64,000 nucleotides of DNA from IMG/VR virus record IMGVR_UViG_3300017700_000931, positions 64,001 through 128,000 of that record; one strand, given 5' to 3'. The position numbers were made by a program, and so were the translations under genes. Source of the stretch: a virus. Taxonomy: Duplodnaviria; Caudoviricetes. Below the pieces are notes generated by a model that was given only the letters and a program-made list of their open reading frames with translations, did no database searches and was not told the DNA's origin. This document shows positions 7,008 to 16,319 of this stretch, one piece after another; position 1 is the stretch's first letter; each line of letters begins with the position of its first letter.

Positions 7008-7296
7008 CCTTTAACGATTGTTCATATTCTTCTTTATCTTCTTTCATTTCCATGTGTTCTTTTATTGGATTTATAATCCAAGCAAATATCAATAAAATGA
7101 GTATAAATACTAACCAATAGGCAACGCCAATTAAATATAGCCAGAAAGCCCAACCGTTATATGAGCTGGTATATGATAATCTAGCATCTATGCGCCAAAA
7201 AATTAAAAACCAGACGAAAGCTAAGACCATCCTACCTATGTTAGTTAACACTAACCATTTAGGGATTAGCTTAATGATGTCAATCAATTTTTCCAT
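6991..7296 (-). CDS. Small membrane protein (2 predicted TM helices)
   Basis: Two hydrophobic stretches and a charged C-terminus; TATTTAT motif upstream. Confidence 0.7.
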   Translation of the reverse strand: MEKLIDIIKLIPKWLVLTNIGRMVLAFVWFLIFWRIDARLSYTSSYNGWAFWLYLIGVAYWLVFILILLIFAWIINPIKEHMEMKEDKEEYEQSLKDEKNI

Positions 7297-7333
7297 GTTT
7301 ATAAATATGGAAAAATTTAGGAAAAAACGTAAA

Positions 7334-7555
7334 TTACATTGATTTTTGTGGGTCTCCGTCTAAAACTTCAACAATAATAAAAATACCATGTTTTTTTAGT
7401 ATGTGATGAACAACAAAAACTACCTTATAATATTTTTTATCTTCCAAATAAATAAATTCTCCAGAACGGGGAATATGTTTGATTTTGATTAGTGGGATAA
7501 TCGTCTTCCAATCCTTATCTAAGATTGAAACACTATATCTATTGAATAGCCCCAT
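7334..7555 (-). CDS. Hypothetical protein
   Basis: 73-aa ORF overlapping the peptidase stop. Confidence 0.65.
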   Translation of the reverse strand: MGLFNRYSVSILDKDWKTIIPLIKIKHIPRSGEFIYLEDKKYYKVVFVVHHILKKHGIFIIVEVLDGDPQKSM

Positions 7556-8351
7556 AATTGTAGGTTTTATTACCCAATTCTATTATTGTGCTGGCACCAA
7601 GATTGATGGCTTTTTGAACATAACTTAATACTACGAATTCATGACTAGAATGCATATCCATGTATCCGGCAAAATAATTTATACAACAAACAGGATAGTT
7701 TTTTTTCAATTCTTTGACATCTGTGAATGGGTCTCTAATATTTGGTGCCGACATGTTATAAACGTCCCAAGTTGGTTTTAATATTTTAGCGAATGCATCA
7801 TCAAATAACTCAATACCACCACAAACTCTTGAAATCCAATTATCGGTTGGTGCATCGAACTGAATAAAGTAACCAACATCTAATAACCATTCTTCTTTTT
7901 TAGCAAAAGCAGAACCTCGACAACCGATTTCCTCTTCAACAAAAAAGGCACCCTTGATTGTTTTAAAATTAAGAATTAATGATAATGCAATGAATATTCC
8001 GGCTTTGTCATCACCACCACAACCTGTATTAACTTCCATTCCATTTGGTTTGAATTTAGTGGCATATAAAATATCACCATATTCACCATTAATTTCTTTT
8101 ATATTCAATTTGGAGCTCGACTTAACCATCAATACTTGGTCACTGTGTACTGTATCCATATGTGCAACCACACAAGGGTAAGATTCACCATCGAGTAATT
8201 CACCTTTTTTCATGAATATATTACCCTTTTCATCTTGTTTGACATCAATATTATTATCGATAGCCCAATTAATTAAAAATTCTCTAACTGATTCCTCTTT
8301 AGTAGAACAGCTTGGTATTGATAATATTTCTTTCAGTAATTCCTTATTCAT
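7539..8351 (-). CDS. M20/M28-family zinc peptidase
   Basis: AHMDTV, GGDDKAG, EEIGCRGS, QFD and C-terminal H metal ligands; ends in TAG. Confidence 0.85.
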   Translation of the reverse strand: MNKELLKEILSIPSCSTKEESVREFLINWAIDNNIDVKQDEKGNIFMKKGELLDGESYPCVVAHMDTVHSDQVLMVKSSSKLNIKEINGEYGDILYATKFKPNGMEVNTGCGGDDKAGIFIALSLILNFKTIKGAFFVEEEIGCRGSAFAKKEEWLLDVGYFIQFDAPTDNWISRVCGGIELFDDAFAKILKPTWDVYNMSAPNIRDPFTDVKELKKNYPVCCINYFAGYMDMHSSHEFVVLSYVQKAINLGASTIIELGNKTYNYGAIQ

Positions 8352-8466
8352 CTAGCAAAGATATGGGTTTTTTTATTAAAAACCAAATTTATCTGACTTT
8401 ACTATTTATTTTGGTTTGAAATGATATTTATTTAATAGATAACATATTACTAAAACTATAGAAATC

Positions 8467-8559
8467 ATGGGTTGTGGATGTAAAAAGAAAAAAACTGTCA
8501 TTGTAACTACTAACACTAATACAAGCACAGATACAAGTGGAACAAATGGTGGAAATTAA
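8467..8559 (+). CDS. 30-aa small protein MGCGCKKKK...
   Basis: Not in ORF track. TATTTAT motifs upstream (about 8402-8432); the stop lies inside a perfect hairpin at 8544-8571. Confidence 0.55.
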   Translation: MGCGCKKKKTVIVTTNTNTSTDTSGTNGGN

Positions 8560-8571
8560 TTTCCACCATTT
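8544..8571. terminator. Bidirectional terminator
   Basis: AAATGGTGGAAAT/ATTTCCACCATTT inverted repeat between convergent genes. Confidence 0.7.
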
Positions 8572-8578
8572 TTTTTAA

Positions 8579-8932
8579 TTAAACATTATCAGCGTCGCTT
8601 GGTTTATCAGTATTGAATGTCTCTGTTACTGATTTTGACGATTGGGTGGTTGTAGTTTGTTGTTTATTTGACTTCATGACTTTAATCAACTCAATGAATT
8701 TACCTCCGAATACATAACCCCCAAATAATGTCATAGCATATTCTAATGCATCAACAATCATTTTGAAATTTTCCATTTGAATATCGTTTTTTACGATTCC
8801 AGAATACGTTAAGATTCCTAATGTGATATAGTAAGCGATTACTGACCAAAATAAATAAACTCTACCTTGTGAGTATACTCCATTTTCTTTAAGGATATCC
8901 TTAAATAATTTTACATTCCATTTCTTTTCCAT
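8579..8932 (-). CDS. Two-TM membrane protein (possible holin-like)
   Basis: Two hydrophobic helices and a polar tail; start MEKKW follows a TATTTAT motif. Confidence 0.6.
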   Translation of the reverse strand: MEKKWNVKLFKDILKENGVYSQGRVYLFWSVIAYYITLGILTYSGIVKNDIQMENFKMIVDALEYAMTLFGGYVFGGKFIELIKVMKSNKQQTTTTQSSKSVTETFNTDKPSDADNV

Positions 8933-9054
8933 CCTTAATTTGTTTAAAGATAAATACTCTGGAAAACAAAAAAAGCCCACCGAGTGTGAGCTTTTATGTC
9001 CTAGTTAAAGGTCCAATTTCTGACTTAGCGAATTTAAGCCAGAAGCAGTTTGCG

Positions 9055-9434
9055 TGGAGCTGGAGGGAGTCGAACCCTCGTCCTAATCTATTCTTCAATC
9101 ATTTTCTACGTGCTTAGTTCATTTTTTCTTTTCGAACAAAATATCAAATTTATTTACAACCCCATTTGCAAAGTTGCCCAGCCTTTTTATTTACATCACA
9201 GGTTAGGTCCTAGTGATGGGTTTCGTGAGTTTCCTCAGTTTTCCTATTGCATCAATTAGGCTGCAACAGCCTCTCCAGCAACAACTTCTACAGAAGCGTT
9301 AGCAAGGAAGTTTTCGGAAATATTGAAAATATTGCCATTTGAACTTTTGTAAAATATTGTTTTAACTGCTTATTCACATCGCAGTGCATGCTTACAATTT
9401 ACGACCATAGACAGTCAAATCCAAGGTCAGCCCC
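9055..9434 (-). ncRNA. ssrA: tmRNA
   Basis: 5' GGGGCTGACCTTGGATTTGAC and 3' GGGTTCGACTCCCTCCAGCTCCA form an Ala acceptor with G3-U70. Tag ORF 9336-9256: GNIFNISENFLANASVEVVAGEAVAA*. Confidence 0.95.
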
Positions 9435-9507
9435 AATAAAAAAAGAACGTTAGTCTTAATAACTATCACAAAGATACTAAAAAAATTCTAAATGACAAGC
9501 TTTTTTG

Positions 9508-10236
9508 TTATTTTTTTCTTTCAATAACATTATCAACAATACCATATGATACCGCTTCTTCTCCAGTTAACCACATATCTCTAGTTGCGTCATTTAAAAC
9601 CTCTTTTGGGTCTTTATCGCAATAAGAACCAAGCAATCTAAACAATTCATCATTGTATTTTTCTGCTTGTTGTTGGTTAATTCTAGTATCTTGTACGTTA
9701 CCTTGACTACCATGTGAAACTTGATGTAACATTACCTTTGAATGTGGTAAAATTAATCGTTTACCTTTGGTTCCATTACCCAATAAAATTGAACCCATTG
9801 ATGCGGCCATACCAGTACAAATAGTTGATACATCGCAATGAATATAATTCATAGTATCAACAATTGATAATCCTGACTTAACAGAACCACCCGGAGTGTC
9901 AACATACACTGTAATATCATCTTTTTTACCTAGACTTTCCAAATATAATAATTGGGCTTGGACCACGGTGCTCATTTGGTCATTCACTGGACCAGCTAGC
10001 CAAAGTGTTCTATCCATCATCAATCTCGAAAAGATATCAATCATGGTAACCTCTAATTTATTTGGCTCCGGCACGTATGGTGTCATTGAGGCACCAACAT
10101 TCAATGTATTCACATTGTTATAAAGTGAGTCTTGTAATTTTTCCCAATAATGGAATTGAATACCGGATACACCCATATGATTTATTGCAAAATTTTTAAA
10201 ATCTGCATACCAATCGTAATTTCCTACTGCGTTCAT
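9508..10236 (-). CDS. clpP: ATP-dependent Clp protease proteolytic subunit
   Basis: IFSRLMMDR, TPGGSV, GMAASMG (Ser), MLHQ (His), RDMWL (Asp). Confidence 0.95.
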   Translation of the reverse strand: MNAVGNYDWYADFKNFAINHMGVSGIQFHYWEKLQDSLYNNVNTLNVGASMTPYVPEPNKLEVTMIDIFSRLMMDRTLWLAGPVNDQMSTVVQAQLLYLESLGKKDDITVYVDTPGGSVKSGLSIVDTMNYIHCDVSTICTGMAASMGSILLGNGTKGKRLILPHSKVMLHQVSHGSQGNVQDTRINQQQAEKYNDELFRLLGSYCDKDPKEVLNDATRDMWLTGEEAVSYGIVDNVIERKK

Positions 10237-10238
10237 AC

Positions 10239-10445
10239 TTATTTAGTCATTAATTTTTTCAATTCTACTAAGTCAGCATTTGCAGCCTCTTTTGTATTAT
10301 ATGGGTAATACCATGTTGTATTATCGTCTTCAGCGATAGCGATTTGTGGTTGGCCATCATGCTCGACTACTGAAATTCCATTCACATCTGAATTTAGTAT
10401 TTCATATAATGCTTCTTGAACGGCCCTATTAGTTAATTTTATCAT
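10239..10445 (-). CDS. Hypothetical protein
   Basis: 68-aa coupled ORF. Confidence 0.65.
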   Translation of the reverse strand: MIKLTNRAVQEALYEILNSDVNGISVVEHDGQPQIAIAEDDNTTWYYPYNTKEAANADLVELKKLMTK

Positions 10446-10768
10446 TCTATAGATTTTATTGTGTTAATAAAAATAGGAGTTGATTCTCCAACCCAACTTC
10501 CAATTACATTGTAATCGAAATATTCTTGAGCCATTTCATATTTTTTATCTTCTGCTGTTTGACCATCTTCTAATTCAGAATCATCAACAACCATATCTTT
10601 CATTAATATTTTGATACATTTGTTTAGGTCATAAGCAACAACCGGATTTAAATTTAATCGCTCAGCTGTTCCTATAATAGCATCGTCAAATCCGTCATAG
10701 AAGATGACTTCAGTGTCATCCCCTATAATTTCAATGATTTTTTCTCTATTATTCAGCGGCTTCGCCAT
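10442..10768 (-). CDS. Conserved phage hypothetical protein
   Basis: GFDDAIIG...VAYD...EYFDYNVIGSWVGE.TP pattern typical of a common phage family; start trimmed to MAKPL. Confidence 0.7.
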   Translation of the reverse strand: MAKPLNNREKIIEIIGDDTEVIFYDGFDDAIIGTAERLNLNPVVAYDLNKCIKILMKDMVVDDSELEDGQTAEDKKYEMAQEYFDYNVIGSWVGESTPIFINTIKSIE

Positions 10769-11222
10769 TTTCTTCGTCTTCTTGTTTTGCTTTATCGTAT
10801 AAAGATTTGATAGACTCTTGAAGAATTTGATAAGATGTTTGACCACCTTTTTTAGCCTCATCGTAACCATATTGGTTCAATAAACCTGAGTATGTGAATA
10901 CATCACCCTTTCTGTAATCCACTTTACTTCCTGACCAAGATATACCAGCCAATGCTTCTTCAACTTGAAGAATTTTTAATGGTTCAGTTAACCCTTCAAA
11001 AATTCGTTGATTAATGATGATATAGATATCAACATTTGTCTCGTGTTTCAATAAAGCATCCGACTTTTTAATCGTAAAGATTTTCTTTTGTGAATCTAAA
11101 GCCAAAACTTTAATAGTAATACCATACTTGTCAAGTTGTGTTCTCAATATTACATCTTCGAATACTGATTGAACATCTGGAAATACTTCCACATAACCTG
11201 CTACTTCTTTCTTTTTTGCCAT
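10749..11222 (-). CDS. Hypothetical protein
   Basis: Start MAKKK downstream of promoter 11252. Confidence 0.7.
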   Translation of the reverse strand: MAKKKEVAGYVEVFPDVQSVFEDVILRTQLDKYGITIKVLALDSQKKIFTIKKSDALLKHETNVDIYIIINQRIFEGLTEPLKILQVEEALAGISWSGSKVDYRKGDVFTYSGLLNQYGYDEAKKGGQTSYQILQESIKSLYDKAKQEDEENGEAAE

Positions 11223-11271
11223 CGTAATTAAATTTATTTTTCTTATTTGTACAAAGTTACTGGGTTTATAT

Positions 11272-12318
11272 TTATTCGACAACCCCTTCTTTGATTTTTT
11301 TTATTTTTTCTAGTAGTTCTTTTTCTTCATCAGAAATTTCGGTAGGATTATTAATATCAATTTCTAATAACATATCACCCCTAGACTCTGAATCGGGTAA
11401 TTTCATTCCCTTACCAACTATTCTAAGACTAGAACCCAATTTACTAAATTTAGGTACCGTCACCTTAATTAAACCACCCTCAATTGTATTCATATTAATT
11501 TTAGTACCCAAAATTACATCATAGTAATTCAATTTGATTTTACTTCTTAAATCATTTCCAACTCTAGTAAAATCTTTATGTGATGATTCACTGATAACAA
11601 TTATTAATTTCCCATAATCGCCATCCTTAATACCATGACCCATACCATTTAAAGTCAATCCATCACCATCTGCAATTCCATGTGGAATATCAACATCTAC
11701 CATAGCTTCTTGACTAGAAACACCATGACCATCACAATGATTACATTTTGTTTGATAAGAATTTCCGCTACCTAAACACTCAGGACAATCATTGATAGAT
11801 TGCATCATACCAAGTTGTGTTTGGACCACTTGGATTACTCTTCCTTGGCCCTGACATGTTTTACATTCGCCATGGCCGGAGCCACCTCTACCACCACAAG
11901 GTTCGCATTTAGTTAATCTACTGTATTTGAATTTTTTATTGACACCAGCATACATATCTTCCAATGTAAGTGATACATTTAATCTCAAATCATTACCACG
12001 TCTAACCTTCATTGAGTGTTTTCTACCACCAAATCGTTCTTGGAAGTGTCTCATGACATCTTCCATGGTATCAGACATACTAGGGCCAGCATTTTTAAAA
12101 TTATGACCTAATCTATCGTATTTTGATTTACTACTTGGGTCTGATAAGACTTCGTATGCTTCAGCAATTTCTTTAAATTTAGCCTCTGCTTCAACATCAT
12201 TAGGATTGGTATCTGGGTGATACTTTTTAGCCAATTTACGATATGATTTCTTGATATCATCAGCTGAAGCTGATTTATCTACACCTAGAATTTCATAATA
12301 GTCGTTTTTTTGAGCCAT
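11272..12318 (-). CDS. dnaJ: DnaJ chaperone
   Basis: J-domain with HPD, four CxxCxGxG repeats, C-terminal domain. Confidence 0.95.
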   Translation of the reverse strand: MAQKNDYYEILGVDKSASADDIKKSYRKLAKKYHPDTNPNDVEAEAKFKEIAEAYEVLSDPSSKSKYDRLGHNFKNAGPSMSDTMEDVMRHFQERFGGRKHSMKVRRGNDLRLNVSLTLEDMYAGVNKKFKYSRLTKCEPCGGRGGSGHGECKTCQGQGRVIQVVQTQLGMMQSINDCPECLGSGNSYQTKCNHCDGHGVSSQEAMVDVDIPHGIADGDGLTLNGMGHGIKDGDYGKLIIVISESSHKDFTRVGNDLRSKIKLNYYDVILGTKINMNTIEGGLIKVTVPKFSKLGSSLRIVGKGMKLPDSESRGDMLLEIDINNPTEISDEEKELLEKIKKIKEGVVE

Positions 12319-12388
12319 AATGCAAACTTATAGTTTTTTTAAGTAGTTTACAACCTTTATTATGAAATTTTGTTAATTATATTTGATT

Positions 12389-13051
12389 ATGGCTTACAGA
12401 GTTGTCTTAACAAAAAATGGTGAATATAAAAAAACCTTGTATAAATCAATAGGTAAAGAAGCGTCATTCATAAATTATCGTGTTTATAAAAAAATGAATG
12501 AAGCGGTATTATTTCCTCGTAAATACATTAATTATAATGGAATCAAAGATGTTCATTATCAAATTCTATTAGTTAAAGATATTGAGGAAGGTGATACCAA
12601 TAGATTTGTTAGGGATTACATGGGTAAAATATACCAAGAACAACCATTAGGTGGGATATGGACCATTTTAGATTCTAGTGAATACAACTTCGAAGAAACA
12701 TTTTGGGTGTTCGGACATGATGCAAAGAATAATAGACTTACAATCCATGATATCATTAAAAAATTGATGGTAGGTGTTAACAAACATAAAATGGTGAAAC
12801 AAATACTAGTTGTTCATAACAAATTAATTATTCACTCCGAAGAGGAATTCGAAATGATTATTTGTAAGAACAACATTGATGCAAAACGACTACATGATGC
12901 ACTATTTATGGCAGCTAGAAATGGTAGAATTAAAAGCCTCTTATTTTTAGGTAATGCGAGTCCGGCAACAATTAGTTCGATGTATGAAATCATACACGAA
13001 AAAACAAAATGGCCTTTAACCAAAATTAGACGAACATCTACACGCCCTTAA
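12389..13051 (+). CDS. Hypothetical protein
   Basis: 222-aa plus-strand ORF with its own TATATTTG promoter at 12378. Confidence 0.8.
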   Translation: MAYRVVLTKNGEYKKTLYKSIGKEASFINYRVYKKMNEAVLFPRKYINYNGIKDVHYQILLVKDIEEGDTNRFVRDYMGKIYQEQPLGGIWTILDSSEYNFEETFWVFGHDAKNNRLTIHDIIKKLMVGVNKHKMVKQILVVHNKLIIHSEEEFEMIICKNNIDAKRLHDALFMAARNGRIKSLLFLGNASPATISSMYEIIHEKTKWPLTKIRRTSTRP

Positions 13052-13280
13052 TCAATAATAATTTTTTCTTGCGTGATAATTTCTTTATTTGATATTCAAC
13101 TTTGGATGCTTCGGACCTATTGGGTTGTTCCCAATATGCCTTAAGGACAACCGGACATCTACTTCGTGTATATTTAGCTCCAGTACCATTATTGTGGGCC
13201 CCAATACGCTTTTTTAAATCATTGGTTATACCAGTGTATAGTGTTCCATCAGAGCATTCTACAATATAAACAAACCACAT
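13038..13280 (-). CDS. GIY-YIG nuclease (YhbQ/UPF0213-like)
   Basis: WFVYIVECSDGTLYTGITNDLKKRIGAHN.G.GAKYTR. Confidence 0.92.
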   Translation of the reverse strand: MWFVYIVECSDGTLYTGITNDLKKRIGAHNNGTGAKYTRSRCPVVLKAYWEQPNRSEASKVEYQIKKLSRKKKLLLIKGV

Positions 13281-13282
13281 AT

Positions 13283-13909
13283 TTATTCCTCCTCTAAGGT
13301 TGATTCAATTGTATCGATAATTTCTTTAGATACTCGATTATATTCTTCAACATCAGGATAATTTAAAATATTGATTACCCCAGTATATTTTCTTAATTTC
13401 TGATTAATATAATCAGCATTTTCAATCATATCATAAATTTTAATAACTACTTCATCCATCTGTCCTTCTATTTGTGTAAACTCTGGTAATAGAATTCTAT
13501 TACCATAAAATTCTCTAGATTCCATTTCATGTGTGACAATTATTTCACCAAGTTTTAGATAATCATCAAATTCTATTCTATATCTACCAGCTATAACTTG
13601 ATGGCCAGAACCATCAGTTTGTATGTATTCTAAAGTATCTATTAACGGACCCAATTTAGAATGCATAAATAATTTATTAGCACCACCTTTTAACGTATTT
13701 CTATGAATATATGCAGAAAGTTGGTTTATTTTAGTGATTAGAGTTTGATTCCAATCACTTTGAGAAATACTATGAGGGTCATATTTATCTCCACCATTAT
13801 AGTCCCAATCAAGAATTAAATTATCTTCAAATTGTGTTAAATCTTCTGGATAAACATATGTAATACAACCAGTATTATCTACAAGTCTTAATTTAGGCAT
13901 CTTTTTCAC
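13283..13909 (-). CDS. Protein containing a gp23-type major-capsid-like segment
   Basis: WDYNG...DWNQTLITKINQLSAYIHRNTLKGGAN...DTLEY...AGRY resembles my recollection of large-phage gp23-family capsid proteins; not searched. Confidence 0.55.
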   Translation of the reverse strand: MKKMPKLRLVDNTGCITYVYPEDLTQFEDNLILDWDYNGGDKYDPHSISQSDWNQTLITKINQLSAYIHRNTLKGGANKLFMHSKLGPLIDTLEYIQTDGSGHQVIAGRYRIEFDDYLKLGEIIVTHEMESREFYGNRILLPEFTQIEGQMDEVVIKIYDMIENADYINQKLRKYTGVINILNYPDVEEYNRVSKEIIDTIESTLEEE

Positions 13910-14225
13910 CTATTTCAATTTCGTTATCAGGATTATCCTTTCCTTCATCAGCACCTTGACCAATGTCTAAGAAATTTTCAGCAATATTATCAACCATTCT
14001 CATGATTTTAGCCATTTTAGTTGGTTCTATTTGAACCGGATTGATGCATTCGACTCTTTCTTCACCATCAGTAGGTAAGAAGAAAGCCATGGCGTTTGCT
14101 TCTCTCATTGCAATCATTCTATCAACATGCTCCGCAAAACCAGTTGCAATAGCTCTATTGGAGAGTAATTCTCTATCCAAATAAAAAACTAAAATTAGTG
14201 GATATGATTTATTAATTTCTGACAT
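13893..14225 (-). CDS. Hypothetical protein
   Basis: ORF track, start trimmed to MSEINK. Confidence 0.7.
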   Translation of the reverse strand: MSEINKSYPLILVFYLDRELLSNRAIATGFAEHVDRMIAMREANAMAFFLPTDGEERVECINPVQIEPTKMAKIMRMVDNIAENFLDIGQGADEGKDNPDNEIEIGEKDA

Positions 14226-14472
14226 AATTTTCTTCGATTTGTTTAATGTTATTTTGATGTTCCTCATAAGAAATTATGTGAACAGGTAAATCATTACCAT
14301 ATTTAGCTTGGGAGTCTTTGACTGCTGCATTCATGAAGATATCTCCACACGTATTTATACATGATACGGCAATATCATCATTGGTCATTACATAGACCAA
14401 ATATTCTGGAATGGTGTCTTTATTATTGATTGAGCTTCTAAGATTATCAATGTGCTTTATTACGATTTTCAT
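14212..14472 (-). CDS. Hypothetical protein
   Basis: 86-aa coupled ORF. Confidence 0.65.
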   Translation of the reverse strand: MKIVIKHIDNLRSSINNKDTIPEYLVYVMTNDDIAVSCINTCGDIFMNAAVKDSQAKYGNDLPVHIISYEEHQNNIKQIEENYVRN

Positions 14473-14543
14473 TCTGTTTTTTTATTTTAGAATTTGTTAT
14501 GATTCAAATCTATTTAAAACAAATGAAATAGTAAACAACAAAA

Positions 14544-14569
14544 AAGGTCTAACTTTAAAGTTAGACCTT
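14544..14569. terminator. Palindromic terminator
   Basis: AAGGTCTAACTTT/AAAGTTAGACCTT followed by a U tract on the minus strand. Confidence 0.7.
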
Positions 14570-14584
14570 ATATTGTTGCAATCT

Positions 14585-14731
14585 CAGAATACGGGGGCTT
14601 TTTAATTCCAAACCCAGTTAGGAACGATGGTTTTTTTGTTGAGCTAGATGCCCGATTTTGTAGGTACCAATCAAAACCTACTTTCTGTAGAATGTATCAA
14701 TTTGTTTTTTTACAGTTGCAGAAAGTATTCT
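14585..14731 (-). ncRNA. Candidate small RNA downstream of the DUF2828 gene
   Basis: Closing stem AGAATAC/GTATTCT, TTTCTGCAAC after the 5' strand, internal hairpins; bracketed by hairpins at 14751-14782 and 14544-14569. Confidence 0.4.
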
Positions 14732-14789
14732 TCTAGATAGCGTAAAAACCGAATGGGTATCAACCTAAATCAATACCCATTCATTATTT

Positions 14790-16220
14790 TTAAATTGAAA
14801 CTGCCGAGTAACGGTCAGCACCAATAATATTCATCATCATTGAATAAGGGTTTAAATCCTTACCAGACAATAGACTTGTCAATAATGCCGGACTGAATCC
14901 AGATACTAACGCAGTTCCATTTTTATCGTGTTGAACTGGTTTATTTTTATCACCATGTGATTTAATATTCCAGAATACGATTTTTGGTAAAACGTAACCA
15001 GCTTCAGTATACATGTTTTCAATCATTTTAATGGCTGTTGCATTATAACGAGTACATGAATCAAATTCCATATCACTAAGGATTAGAATCATTGTTGGCA
15101 TTTCTTCAGCCGGAACTGAATGTTTAACCGCTTGGGTTAGAACTGTCTTAAATGCAGCTTCCAAATTAGTATTCATATCCCATTGTGCTCTGGATAATTG
15201 ATTACATCTTTCGGACAATTTACCTTTAAGAATTTGCAATTCTGGACGAGCCGAGAATGTCAAGAACGCATCTTTGAACAAACCAACGTTTCTCTCAGAG
15301 ATATACAATCCAAGTGATAATGCAACATCCATTGCACTAACATTTGGGTTATTACCTGCCGCAGTACACATTGAACCAGATACATCCACCATTGGTAGAA
15401 CTCTTTCTTCATTTCCAGACATATAGTTTGGAAGTGCGTTCCATTGTGCATCAGCTCCCCTAGCATTACCATTTCTAAGGTTCTTAATAATATCATAAGG
15501 GTAGACAGCACCAGCATTAATCTTTGTTTCACCTTTTTCAAGTGAATTCAAATACTCAGTGAATCTAGCATGGTCATTCTTACCAAATGCTTTCATGTAA
15601 TCAGACATCGCTTTAGATGGAACGTGAGCATAATTAATAGCTTGCCATTCTTTAGCACACATTAATTGTTCTACGGTTTTTGACAACCCGACAATCAATT
15701 TTCTATAGTCCTTTGGAGCTAACTTAAGATAAGTTCTAATTGCATTAGCTTGTTTTTTGTTAGCACGATTTTTTCCATTACCTCTTGGGCACCATTTAGC
15801 GCACAATTGATTTCCGGCTGACAAACCTTTAGAGATTAATTCTAGTGCATCCTTTTCCAATTCTGTACCAATTAATTCTACAACATCTGACCATCTTCCA
15901 TATTCTGGAATTAGGTGAATGTTTTTTCTCATGACTTCAGTATGGTTATTAGCCAAGTGTGTCATGATATCAATTGCTGTTTGTCTTTCACCAGCACCAC
16001 CTCTAACATCTCTTACCCAGAATAAGATTTTCATTGCAGTCAATGCATCTTCTGAATAAGCTTTTATGAAGGCGTTAATTTTTCTTTGTTTTTCAGCACC
16101 CCTTACGGCACCAATCATTGAAAATAAATCCACACAGTGGTTAAGGGTTGAGGAATTTGTAGACATTCCATTTTGAGTCACTGAATCCTCAGTTCTCATA
16201 GCATTTAATAATTTGCTCAT
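14790..16220 (-). CDS. DUF2828 / TROVE(Ro60)-like protein with C-terminal vWA domain
   Basis: RDVRGGAGER, EYGRW.D, AKWCPR, vWA MIDAS DVSGSM, ILSDMEFD, FWN and SGFSP. Confidence 0.88.
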   Translation of the reverse strand: MSKLLNAMRTEDSVTQNGMSTNSSTLNHCVDLFSMIGAVRGAEKQRKINAFIKAYSEDALTAMKILFWVRDVRGGAGERQTAIDIMTHLANNHTEVMRKNIHLIPEYGRWSDVVELIGTELEKDALELISKGLSAGNQLCAKWCPRGNGKNRANKKQANAIRTYLKLAPKDYRKLIVGLSKTVEQLMCAKEWQAINYAHVPSKAMSDYMKAFGKNDHARFTEYLNSLEKGETKINAGAVYPYDIIKNLRNGNARGADAQWNALPNYMSGNEERVLPMVDVSGSMCTAAGNNPNVSAMDVALSLGLYISERNVGLFKDAFLTFSARPELQILKGKLSERCNQLSRAQWDMNTNLEAAFKTVLTQAVKHSVPAEEMPTMILILSDMEFDSCTRYNATAIKMIENMYTEAGYVLPKIVFWNIKSHGDKNKPVQHDKNGTALVSGFSPALLTSLLSGKDLNPYSMMMNIIGADRYSAVSI

Positions 16221-16319
16221 TGCGTTAAAGTTTTAAAATAAATTCGTTATATTGAATTTCAGCGTGGTACAAAATTACTATTTATTTTTTAAATGGCAAG
16301 TCTTTTTGAAAAAAAATTT

